Shown: in pieces, positions 46,958 through 55,369 of the stretch
Layout of the letters: each line of letters opens with the position of its first letter
Position numbering within the stretch: the first letter of the stretch is position 1
Assembly (NCBI GenBank): GCA_965223705.1
Contig: OZ245015.1
Coordinates: 3,072,001 to 3,136,000, forward strand
DNA from: Myxococcota bacterium
GTDB taxonomy: Bacteria; Myxococcota_A; UBA9160; UBA6930
DNA: 64,000 nucleotides
Direction of reading: 5' to 3'
The notes under the pieces: model-generated
Told to the model about the DNA's origin: nothing
Database searches by the model: none
What the model saw: only the letters and a program-made list of their open reading frames with translations
Translations under genes and position numbers: made by a program

Positions 46958-48145
46958 ATGGCGACACTTCGAAGGATCCTATCTGCGCCGCTGGTCTACG
47001 CCGCAGGCGCGCTCGTGTCGGCCGCCGTCTTGGCGCTGTCGGTGGCCGCCGCGCGGGCGGACCTGCCCGTCGAGACCCAGACGACGCAAGAGCTCCCCGC
47101 GAAGCCCTCGCCGCACTGGGTGTTCGTCAACGACTTCGCGTTCCAGAACATGATGGACAGTCGGGCGTATCTCATCGACGCCGATCGAGGCACCGTGCTG
47201 GGCCTCATCCCGACCGGCTACTTTCACAATGCGCTCAAATTCGCCCGGGACTATCGCGAGATCTACTCCGTCCAGACCTACTATTCCCGAGGCTCCCGCG
47301 GTGATCGCACGGACGTCGTCTCGATCTACAACCCCAAGGATCTGTCGTTCGCCGAAGAGATCGTCATCCCCGCGAAGCGCATGACGAACACGCCGAGTAC
47401 CGCCAACGCCACGCTCACCGGGAACGGACGTTTCCTCGTCGTGTTCAACATGACTCCGGCGTGGTCGGCCACGGTGGTGGACGTCGCGGAGCGGAAGGTC
47501 GTCGGAGAGTTCGACAGCGGCGGGTGCGCCATGCTGTACGCGACGGGCGACGCGACACTCAATCTCCTGTGTGGCGACGGCGGCATTCTCACGGTGTCGC
47601 TCGGCGACGACGGTCAGCCCGGCGAGCGCAAGCGGAGCGAGGGCTTTTTCGACGCCGCAGGCGACCCGATTCTCGAACGCGCCGTTCGCCTGGGCGACAC
47701 CTGGTATTTCGTTTCCTATGGCGGGGTGATGCATTCCTTCGACGCGTCGAGTGGCGCTCCTTCGTTTGGGGAGCGCTGGTCGCTCATCAGTGACGCGGAT
47801 CGCGCCGATTCCTGGAAGGTCGGCGGTTCGCAGCCGCTGGCAGTTCACGCCCCGACGAACACGCTGTACGCCCTGATGCACCAAGGGGGCGATTGGTCCC
47901 ACGACGACCCGGGGACGGAAATCTGGACCTTCGATCTCTCCGAGAAGCGGCGTACGGGCCGCATCGCGTTGCGCCAGCTGACCTCGACAATGACCGTCAC
48001 GAACGACGCCTCGCCGCTGCTCCTCGGCGCCTCCTTTATCACGGCGGAACTCGACGTGTACGACGCGAAGAGCGGCAAACACCTCCGCACGGTGGATGAA
48101 GTCGGTACCACGCCGTTCCTGCTTCAGGTCCCGCCTCAGCCGTGA
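46958..48145 (+). CDS. mauB: TTQ amine dehydrogenase large subunit (MauB/AauB-like beta-propeller)
   Basis: Signal peptide; TYYSRGSRGDRTDVV, N.TPA.S.TVVD, GC..LY, CGDG, LYALMH; operon context. Confidence 0.9.
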   Translation: MATLRRILSAPLVYAAGALVSAAVLALSVAAARADLPVETQTTQELPAKPSPHWVFVNDFAFQNMMDSRAYLIDADRGTVLGLIPTGYFHNALKFARDYREIYSVQTYYSRGSRGDRTDVVSIYNPKDLSFAEEIVIPAKRMTNTPSTANATLTGNGRFLVVFNMTPAWSATVVDVAERKVVGEFDSGGCAMLYATGDATLNLLCGDGGILTVSLGDDGQPGERKRSEGFFDAAGDPILERAVRLGDTWYFVSYGGVMHSFDASSGAPSFGERWSLISDADRADSWKVGGSQPLAVHAPTNTLYALMHQGGDWSHDDPGTEIWTFDLSEKRRTGRIALRQLTSTMTVTNDASPLLLGASFITAELDVYDAKSGKHLRTVDEVGTTPFLLQVPPQP

Positions 48146-48681
48146 CCGAGTTTGTCGCCGTCCTTCACGTCTCGGTATGCGGTGCCCTCGCGCTGGTCCT
48201 CGCCGGAAGCGCGCTGCACAAACTGACGGATGTCGCGGGCTTCGCCCGCATCCTGTCGCAGTATCAGATGCTCCCCGGGTGGGCGATTCAAGCGACGGCG
48301 CGCAGCATTCCGGTCTTTGAGCTCGTCGCGGCCGGAATGCTCCTCGCCGCACCGACACGCCCCCTGGGCGGCGCTCTCGCGGCGGGGCTCCTCGCGATCT
48401 ACAGCTCGGCGATCGCACTCCAGCTGAGACGCGGCCGAACGGAAATCGACTGTGGTTGCGGTGGGTTCGGAGCGGATCAGGGAATTCGGCCGAGCCTTCT
48501 CGGCCGGAATGCGGCGCTCATGGCCGCCGCTTTGTGGGCCTTGCAGCCGGTTTCGGTCGCGACGTTCGGTCCGGCGGTGCTCGCGTTGAGCGCCGTCGCC
48601 GGGTTGGTCCTGGTGCTTCTCTACGCCGCGGCGGACCAGCTGCTGGCAAACGGCGCACGCTTCCGGGTTTCCGATGCCTGA
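48142..48681 (+). CDS. mauE: MauE-family membrane maturation protein
   Basis: SALHKL, RRGRTEIDCGCGG, GRN; TM helices. Confidence 0.9.
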   Translation: MTEFVAVLHVSVCGALALVLAGSALHKLTDVAGFARILSQYQMLPGWAIQATARSIPVFELVAAGMLLAAPTRPLGGALAAGLLAIYSSAIALQLRRGRTEIDCGCGGFGADQGIRPSLLGRNAALMAAALWALQPVSVATFGPAVLALSAVAGLVLVLLYAAADQLLANGARFRVSDA

Positions 48682-49285
48682 CGCGCTCTTGATCTCCAAC
48701 CTCTTGCTCTGGTGCCTGGTGGTGGGTCTCGCCGCGGCCGTCGTGGCGTTGGCGCGGCAAGTCGGCGTCCTGCACGAGCGGATCGCTCCGGCCGGCGCGC
48801 TCTCGCTCCAAGGTGGGCTCGAAGTCGGCGAGCGCGCGCCCGAGCTCGTCCTCCCGACGCTCGCGGGCGACGACATCCGAGTCGGCGGCACCTCCGCGGA
48901 CCATCGAAGCACCCTGCTCTTCTTCCTCTCCCCGACCTGCCCCGTTTGCGACACGCTGCTGCCGATCCTTCGCTCGGTCGCGAAAAGCGAGCGAGGGTGG
49001 CTTCAGGTCGTGCTCGCGAGTGACGGGGAACCGGCCGAACATCGGAGCTTCAGCGAACGCCAGGAGCTTCAAGCGTTTCCGTACGTGTTGTCCCGCGACC
49101 TCGGTATGCGTTTCCACGTGGCGAAGCTCCCGTACGCGGCGCTGATCGACGAGGGTGGCGTGCTGCGAGCCAAAGGCCTCATCAATTCCCGCGAGCATCT
49201 CGAGAGTTTGTTCGAAGCGATGGAGCGCGGTGTCGCGTCGGTGTCGGAATATCTCTCGGAACGCGACGACCTTCGGGTGGCATAG
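48674..49285 (+). CDS. mauD: MauD thioredoxin-like maturation protein
   Basis: LARQVGVLHERIAPAGAL, SPTCPVC, KGLINSREHLESL. Confidence 0.93.
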   Translation: MPDALLISNLLLWCLVVGLAAAVVALARQVGVLHERIAPAGALSLQGGLEVGERAPELVLPTLAGDDIRVGGTSADHRSTLLFFLSPTCPVCDTLLPILRSVAKSERGWLQVVLASDGEPAEHRSFSERQELQAFPYVLSRDLGMRFHVAKLPYAALIDEGGVLRAKGLINSREHLESLFEAMERGVASVSEYLSERDDLRVA

Positions 49286-49293
49286 GAGAACCG

Positions 49294-49809
49294 ATGACCC
49301 ACAGAGCTGGCTTCCCGGATGGATGGATCGAGACCGTGGCACGGGGAATCGCCCGGCGCAGCTCGCGGCGGAGCTTTCTGTCGTGGCTCGGCACGACACT
49401 CGTCGGGGGCGCCGTGCTTCCGACCCTCCCGGTCGCCCGGGCGAGCGCTGAGGGCGCCGATCCCGGAGACCCCAAAGCCTGCGACTACTGGCGCTATTGC
49501 GGAATCGACGGATTCCTCTGCAGCTGCTGCGGCGGTACGGAATCTGCGTGCCCGCCGGGCACCGAACCTTCGGCCATCACTTGGGTCGGAACGTGCTTGA
49601 ACCCCGGGGACGGTCAGTCCTACGTGATCTCCTACAACGACTGCTGCGGCAAATCGAGCTGTGGGCGCTGCTTCTGCAACACGAACGAGCGCGAGACGCC
49701 GATCTACCAGCCCGGCAAGAACAACGACATCAACTGGTGCTTCGGGACGACGACCAACGTCTACCACTGCTCCGTCGCCGTGATCGTCGGTGTGGCCGAG
49801 GACGCGTAA
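49294..49809 (+). CDS. mauA: TTQ amine dehydrogenase small subunit (aromatic amine dehydrogenase-like)
   Basis: Tat signal SRRSFL; CDYWRYC.IDG, TWVGTC and DINWC (TTQ Trp pair); 14 Cys. Confidence 0.93.
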   Translation: MTHRAGFPDGWIETVARGIARRSSRRSFLSWLGTTLVGGAVLPTLPVARASAEGADPGDPKACDYWRYCGIDGFLCSCCGGTESACPPGTEPSAITWVGTCLNPGDGQSYVISYNDCCGKSSCGRCFCNTNERETPIYQPGKNNDINWCFGTTTNVYHCSVAVIVGVAEDA

Positions 49810-50228
49810 TCAAGCTCCATCGACCGGTTTTCGCCGGCGTGCTGGCGATGCTTCTCGCCGGCTCGGCGAGTGCGGGCTCTCCCCGGATCGATTTCCTGAT
49901 CCACTGCTCGGGCTGTCACTTGCCGAGCGGCCGCGGTCAGGAAGGGTCCGTCCCCGACCTGACCGCGTTCATGGGCCGTTTCGCCGCCCTGCCGGCGGGC
50001 CGGGCGTTTTTGGTTCAGGTCCCCGGATCGTCCCAGTCCCCGCTCTCCAACGCCGAGACCGCGGCGCTCCTCAATTGGATGCTCGAGGAGTTCGCGCGTT
50101 CGGACGCCGAGCCGTTCAGCGAGGAAGAGGTGGCCCGCTACCGGGCCGTCAAAATGCTCGACGTACAGGAGCGCCGGGCGGAACTGCTCGAAGCCATCGG
50201 AGAAAGCAACCCGGGCTACAACCGGTAG
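49809..50228 (+). CDS. Periplasmic monoheme cytochrome c (start uncertain: ATC 49809, GTG 49839 or ATG 49848)
   Basis: Signal peptide, CSGCH heme motif, GRAFLVQVPG. Confidence 0.82.
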   Translation: MKLHRPVFAGVLAMLLAGSASAGSPRIDFLIHCSGCHLPSGRGQEGSVPDLTAFMGRFAALPAGRAFLVQVPGSSQSPLSNAETAALLNWMLEEFARSDAEPFSEEEVARYRAVKMLDVQERRAELLEAIGESNPGYNR

Positions 50229-50234
50229 CCACGG

Positions 50235-51278
50235 CTACAAGATCCGGATCTCCTGGCCACCGCCCTTCAAGCGAATATCCGAAAACGCCGCACGCGCTGT
50301 CCGGTGTTGGAAGCTGCTCACACAGATCAACCAGATCGCGCGGATCGCGCCGGGGTGGTGCCCGAGCGCTTCCTCACAGTCGGCGAGCACGCGGCGCCGC
50401 TCCTCGCACCACGTTCCGAGATCAGCAACGCCGCTGCGCACACACCAATGCACTTCTCGGTAGTTCCAACTCCGAACCGGGCAACCGAAATGGTGCCCGG
50501 TGGGCAGACTCGAACTGAAGAACCACGTGAGATCGCGCCCGTTCTCGAATTCGCACGCGATCGACACGTAGTCGTGCGTCGCCACGCGGTCTTCGGCCAC
50601 GTCGCTCGGGAATTCGTCCACGCGCCAACGCCAGGACAGCTCCGCGTCGTCGGTCAGCGGAAATGAAACCGGTCGGCGGATGATGCCCTGATCGTTCTCG
50701 GAGTGGACGCGGATCGTCGGCCGCTCTTCGGAAGTGTCCGCCCGGTAGATGTCCGCGTGGCCGGTTTCGAACAGGTACTGCCAGCCCTCGGGCACTGGGA
50801 CCGGGTCAGCGAGGCGCGCGGCCTCCGCTCGAAGCGGCTCATGATCGAGCTCGCGCGCGAGGGCCACCACCGCCGCGGTCGGTTCGGCGGACCACACCAA
50901 GACGGTCACGTCGATCCCGCCACCCAGGCCTTCGTACGCGCTCTCCGGTGACGCCAAGACCCCGCGTTCGTTCGCCCAGAAGCCGTGGAGGAGGCTCAGA
51001 AACAAGCGACCCGACCCTTCGACGCGCCGGCTGGTGGTGTCCTGCGACGGGTTCCAGATCTGGCCTTCGGGACCGATTCGACCCCACAAGTGGTGCTTCG
51101 CGCCCGCCCACATCGGACGACCGCGGTGGGTCCACGTGACGCGGCCGCCGGCCAGGAGAGTGATCCACTGGCCGGGTACGAGAGAGATTCCGGAGTCCGT
51201 CCAGGGCGGCACCGATCCGGGGAGGTGAAGGCGCTTGACGCAGAGGAGGTCGGCTCCGGGCAGTGCCCGGGGAGCCAC
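50235..51278 (-). CDS. DUF3047-like domain protein with an extra N-terminal domain
   Basis: LSWRWRVD, D....HDY, W.EERR.VLAD, A.FSDI.L. Confidence 0.65.
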   Translation of the reverse strand: MAPRALPGADLLCVKRLHLPGSVPPWTDSGISLVPGQWITLLAGGRVTWTHRGRPMWAGAKHHLWGRIGPEGQIWNPSQDTTSRRVEGSGRLFLSLLHGFWANERGVLASPESAYEGLGGGIDVTVLVWSAEPTAAVVALARELDHEPLRAEAARLADPVPVPEGWQYLFETGHADIYRADTSEERPTIRVHSENDQGIIRRPVSFPLTDDAELSWRWRVDEFPSDVAEDRVATHDYVSIACEFENGRDLTWFFSSSLPTGHHFGCPVRSWNYREVHWCVRSGVADLGTWCEERRRVLADCEEALGHHPGAIRAIWLICVSSFQHRTARAAFSDIRLKGGGQEIRIL

Positions 51279-51303
51279 ACCGAAGAGACTCTCCTCGGGC
51301 GGA

Positions 51304-52089
51304 CTAGGCGCCGACAAAGTTCGGCTTGCGCCGTTCCGCCGTCGCCTGAACGCCCTCTTTGTGATCTTGGGTCGACCACAAGCGGTTCTGTTCGGCTTTT
51401 TCGCGATCGGTGGCCCGACGGATGTCCTCCGCGAGATCACCGCGGAGGGTCTCTCGGATGGAGTCCACGGCGAGCGGTGCGGAGATCGCGATCTCCGTCG
51501 CGAAGGCCATCGCTTCATCGCGGATCTGGTCGGCAGCCACCAGGCGGTCGCAAAGCCCCATGGCTGCCGCCTCGTCTCCCTTCACACGTCGGCCGGTGTA
51601 CAGGAGATCCATCGCGTGCTGCTGACCGACGAGGCGCGGGAGCGTCACGCTGAGACCGAACCCATGGTGGAAGCCCAAGCGCGCGAAGTTCGCGGCGAAG
51701 CGCGATTCGGGAGAAGCGATCCGAAAATCGGGCATCAGCGCCAAGCCGAGCCCACCGCCGATCGCGGCCCCGTTGATCGCCGCCACCACCGGTGTGCGCG
51801 TGCTGAACAGGCGCACCGCCTCGTCGTACAGGTGGCGACCGGAGTCGTCCTCGACGCCGCGATCCTTGGACGCGAAGTTCGCTCCAGCGCAGAAGTTCTT
51901 TCCCTCCGCGCACAGGACGATCGCGCGACACCCGGGTTCCCCGTCGAGACCCTCAAACGCCGTCGCTAGGTCGGCGATCATCTGCTTGTCGAAAAAGTTG
52001 TGCGGTCCGCGGCGAATTTCGGCGGTGGCCACGAAGTCGTCGTTCAGCGTCACAGCGATGTCCCCGAAGACGCCGTATTCCCTACTCAT
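51304..52089 (-). CDS. Enoyl-CoA hydratase/isomerase family
   Basis: FCAGANF, AAINGAAIGGGLGLAL, EA..MGL.D, ERRKPNF. Confidence 0.92.
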   Translation of the reverse strand: MSREYGVFGDIAVTLNDDFVATAEIRRGPHNFFDKQMIADLATAFEGLDGEPGCRAIVLCAEGKNFCAGANFASKDRGVEDDSGRHLYDEAVRLFSTRTPVVAAINGAAIGGGLGLALMPDFRIASPESRFAANFARLGFHHGFGLSVTLPRLVGQQHAMDLLYTGRRVKGDEAAAMGLCDRLVAADQIRDEAMAFATEIAISAPLAVDSIRETLRGDLAEDIRRATDREKAEQNRLWSTQDHKEGVQATAERRKPNFVGA

Positions 52090-52112
52090 CCCTAAACCTC
52101 CCCTCGAAGTCT

Positions 52113-53090
52113 CTAGAACGTGTCGCAGCTGTTCGGCGTACCGTCTTTGAGGCCGCGGCGCAGCCACTCGACGCGTTGTTCCGACGAGCCGTGGGTGAAA
52201 CCTTCGGGCTGGACGCGGCCCGTCGTCTTCTGCTGAATCCGATCGTCGCCAATCGCGGCGGCGGCCGTCAGTCCTTCTTCGATGTCGCCCGGCTCGAGGA
52301 TGCCCTTGCGCGCCGCCGCGGCTCCCCATACGCCGGCGAGGCAATCCGCTTGGAGCTCCATCCGCACCGACAGCTGGTTGGCGTTGCGGGGGTTCGCTTT
52401 TTGAGCCTGGCGGACCTGAGGTTCGATTCCGGAGACTTTTTGCAGGTGGTGACCGATTTCGTGGGCCAACACGTACGCCTGAGCGAAATCGCCGGGTGCC
52501 CCGAAGCGCCGGTGCAAATCGTCGTAGAAGTCGAGGTCGATGTAGACCTTCTCGTCGGCCGGGCAGTAGAAGGGGCCCATTTGCGCGGCGGCGAATCCAC
52601 AGCCCGATCGGACCGCGTCGCGGAACAACACCAGCTTTGCGTCGCGGTAGTTCGGGTAGACCTCTCCCCACATTTCCTGGATGTCGTCGAGGACGAACGA
52701 AACAAAGTCGACCATGCGCTCTTCGTCCGGCGATCCCGCCGTGGCCCCCGGCGACACCCCGGTGCCGGGAAAACTCGGTCCGGAGCCGCTCGGGAACTGC
52801 GGTGCCGCGACGTCCGGCAAGCGCGGGATCTGCAGACCTTCGGGAAAGCCGGCGCCACCCGGGCTCCCCGCTCCCCCGCCGAAGATGTTTCCTCGGAAAA
52901 GGAAGAACAGGATCAGCATGATGATGATGCTGCCCAGGCTGAGCTTGGGCCGGGCGCGCATCCCGCCGCCACCTCCGCCGCCGCGCCCCATCGGGAACGG
53001 AAACGGGAATTGCATGCGGCCGCGACCGCCGGTTTCCGCGCGGCGGTCTTCCAGGTTCTCGCTTCGGCGTCGGCCGGGTTTCCAGCGCAT
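52113..53090 (-). CDS. Membrane-anchored neutral zinc metallopeptidase (YpfJ-like)
   Basis: SENLEDRR, GPFYCPAD, AHEIGHH, ELQADC.AG, FTHGSSEQR. Confidence 0.93.
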   Translation of the reverse strand: MRWKPGRRRSENLEDRRAETGGRGRMQFPFPFPMGRGGGGGGGMRARPKLSLGSIIIMLILFFLFRGNIFGGGAGSPGGAGFPEGLQIPRLPDVAAPQFPSGSGPSFPGTGVSPGATAGSPDEERMVDFVSFVLDDIQEMWGEVYPNYRDAKLVLFRDAVRSGCGFAAAQMGPFYCPADEKVYIDLDFYDDLHRRFGAPGDFAQAYVLAHEIGHHLQKVSGIEPQVRQAQKANPRNANQLSVRMELQADCLAGVWGAAAARKGILEPGDIEEGLTAAAAIGDDRIQQKTTGRVQPEGFTHGSSEQRVEWLRRGLKDGTPNSCDTF

Positions 53091-53150
53091 AGGGGGCTCC
53101 TTCGAACGGGGAGGCAAGGTAGCCCATCGAAGTCGGTGCGGAGCCCTGGG

Positions 53151-53249
53151 TTAGTTCTGGCGCTCTGCCTTCTTCCGGCGCTGACGCCGCCGATGGCGTT
53201 GTTTATTCAGGTGTTTCTTTCTCTTTTGCTTGCTCTTGCTGCTCGCCAA
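53151..53249 (-). CDS. Small highly basic protein, 32 aa (MASSKSKQKRKKHLNKQRHRRRQRRKKAERQN)
   Basis: TTG start with GAGGAG RBS 7 nt upstream, TAA stop, 16/32 K+R; below the ORF-track length cut-off. Confidence 0.65.
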   Translation of the reverse strand: MASSKSKQKRKKHLNKQRHRRRQRRKKAERQN

Positions 53250-53300
53250 GGCGGCACTCCTCAGGTCGTTTTCAGGGCGTCCGAGGGTAGGAGGCGGGCC

Positions 53301-53426
53301 TCAGCGCCGCCAGCTGATCTTTCGGAGTTCGTGCTTCCGAGTCCGCCGGTAGAGCCACACGCCGAGCCCCACGAGCAGAGCGATCTTGAGCAACGCGACG
53401 AGTCCGAGGATCGCGCTAGCGGGCAT
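53301..53426 (-). CDS. Small single-TM protein, 41 aa
   Basis: One hydrophobic helix plus basic tail; TACGCT -10-like hexamer 7 nt before the ATG. Confidence 0.55.
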   Translation of the reverse strand: MPASAILGLVALLKIALLVGLGVWLYRRTRKHELRKISWRR

Positions 53427-53539
53427 GTCGGGGAGCGTAGGGCGAGCCAACGCCCGCCGCGAGGCGGGTGTGATGGTCGTCACCGCGGTCTCCCGGGGTT
53501 GTTCCGACCCACCTGTTGCAACCCTCGATGAGGAGCGCC

Positions 53540-55360
53540 ATGCAAGCCCCCGAAGTCCTCCATGCGCCCTCCCCTGCGGGATCCCTGGCGCCGCTTCGCG
53601 GTGGACTGGCTCGGCGACCTGACGCGAAGCGCGACGGTCCCGCCAACGGAAAATCCGACGCGCCGCGACTTCGAGCGGTCGAAACGCCCGTCCTTCCGAA
53701 CCGCTACCGGACGGAGCGCTCGGGAAACGTCGGGTTCATTCGTTGCACCGAGGCGCCGACCCTCCGGGTGCGCGTCGAGCGCGACCGCTCGGTCCCCGCC
53801 GCCCAAGCGCGGTCGGCGAGTCCCGGAACGATCTTCCTCGACGGCGCGGCGCAGGGGGAGCCCTTCGCCGACCCGGCGCGCGCGGTCTACAACCTCGACC
53901 ACCACGAGGGTTGCGTGCGCGCTTTTACGTTGGCGACGTGCGAGCAGGCCATGGTGCTCGTCCGCAAGCGCCTGGATCTCGCGCGGCGCGACTGGACGCT
54001 GCACGCGAACGATGCGGACCTCGATGCGGTCCTCGCGATTTGGGTGTTGCTCAACCACTTGCGTCTCGCGGAAGACCCGGCTCTCCGGGCGGCGATCCTC
54101 CCGCTCCTGCGTCTGGAGGGCGCGATCGACGCTTGGGGACTCGAGTGCCGAGATCTCTGCGGGTTGTCGGAAGACGACATGGCTCGCGCCGACCGGCAGA
54201 TGTCGACCCTTCGCCGGCGCGAGATCGACGCGAAGTCCAGTGGGCGATGGGACAAGGTGGACCTCGCTTCCTTCATCGCCGATCGATTGCGGGAGATTGA
54301 TCGAATGGTCTACCGGGCCGCGGACTTTGAGGACGCGGTCGACGTCCGAGAGCTCGCGCGCTGCGAGCTCACGGGCGGTTCCGTCGCGGTGGTATGTCGC
54401 GCGAGCACGGGGATCTACGAAGTCGAACGCGAGTTGCGCCGCTATCACGGAGACCGTCTCGGTTTGATCGTCCTCCAGAAGGACAAGCGGAACTACAGCA
54501 TCCGCCAAGTGGATCCGTGCCTTCCGGTGGGGTTGGATCGCGTCTACGACCGTCTGAATCTCGTCGACGCGCGTTCCGGTGGAGCCGCGAGCGCCGATCG
54601 CTGGGGCGGGTCCACGGATATTGGAGGATCGCCGCGCGAAAACGGCACGGCGCTTTCGCCGCGCGAGATCGCGTTGGCCTGCCGCGACGCCCACCGGCGC
54701 ACCTTGGCGACGCGCCTGTCCGCGTTCGCCCGCAGCTTCGTCGCGCCGGCGGTGCTCCTCCCCGCGGTATGGCTCCTCGCTGAGTTCGCGTCTGCGTCCG
54801 TCCGACATCCGCTCGCGTTCTTGCTCGGCGCCTTCTTGTTCGCTCTCTCTGGCGGCGGGCTTCTCATCGCCGGCCATCGCCGGCCGGGCCTCTACGGACT
54901 CCGATCGCCCCACCGAACCGAGGGGCTTCTCATGGTCCCGCTGGCAGGCGCCATGGGCGCGGCGCTTGCGCTGCAGACGGATTTCGCTGCGGCGACCCCT
55001 TGGCCCACATGGCCCGTTGCGCTGGGCGTAGCCCTCGGGTTGTTCGGATGGGAATGCCTGTTTCGCGGGCTCGTGCACGGAACCCTGGCGTACGCGCACC
55101 ACATTCAGGTACCGGGCGGACGCCGGTTCATCTCCGGGCCGATGTGTGGATCCGCCGCGCTATCCGCGTCGCTCGCTACGGTGTTGGTCACCGCGCTCGG
55201 TCTGGCGCCCGCCCTGCCGACTCTCGGCGTCACCTTGCTGATGGGCCTCGTCGCGGGCTACGCGCGCGAGCGAAGCGGCAGTGTCCTGGTCGCCGGTTTG
55301 TGTAGCGTCGCCGCCGGAATTTCCTTCGCGGCCGGTCGCTTTTTGACCTTCGCCGGTTAG
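53540..55360 (+). CDS. DHH-like phosphoesterase domain fused to a degenerate CPBP (Abi/CAAX) membrane domain
   Basis: FLDG, LDHHEG, NDADLD, WGGS..IGGSPR; C-terminal TM bundle with WECLFRG and ERSGSV; GAGGAG RBS. Confidence 0.65.
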   Translation: MQAPEVLHAPSPAGSLAPLRGGLARRPDAKRDGPANGKSDAPRLRAVETPVLPNRYRTERSGNVGFIRCTEAPTLRVRVERDRSVPAAQARSASPGTIFLDGAAQGEPFADPARAVYNLDHHEGCVRAFTLATCEQAMVLVRKRLDLARRDWTLHANDADLDAVLAIWVLLNHLRLAEDPALRAAILPLLRLEGAIDAWGLECRDLCGLSEDDMARADRQMSTLRRREIDAKSSGRWDKVDLASFIADRLREIDRMVYRAADFEDAVDVRELARCELTGGSVAVVCRASTGIYEVERELRRYHGDRLGLIVLQKDKRNYSIRQVDPCLPVGLDRVYDRLNLVDARSGGAASADRWGGSTDIGGSPRENGTALSPREIALACRDAHRRTLATRLSAFARSFVAPAVLLPAVWLLAEFASASVRHPLAFLLGAFLFALSGGGLLIAGHRRPGLYGLRSPHRTEGLLMVPLAGAMGAALALQTDFAAATPWPTWPVALGVALGLFGWECLFRGLVHGTLAYAHHIQVPGGRRFISGPMCGSAALSASLATVLVTALGLAPALPTLGVTLLMGLVAGYARERSGSVLVAGLCSVAAGISFAAGRFLTFAG

Positions 55361-55369
55361 GGCGTTCGC

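Noticed and set aside
46958..50228. Evidence of methylamine methylotrophy
   Set aside because: The small subunit is aromatic-amine-dehydrogenase-like, and there is no mauF, mauG, amicyanin or C1-pathway gene here
51304..53127. 607-aa ORF as a peptidase-hydratase fusion
   Set aside because: The upstream part is an alternative frame over the YpfJ-like gene; the hydratase starts at 52089 with its own RBS
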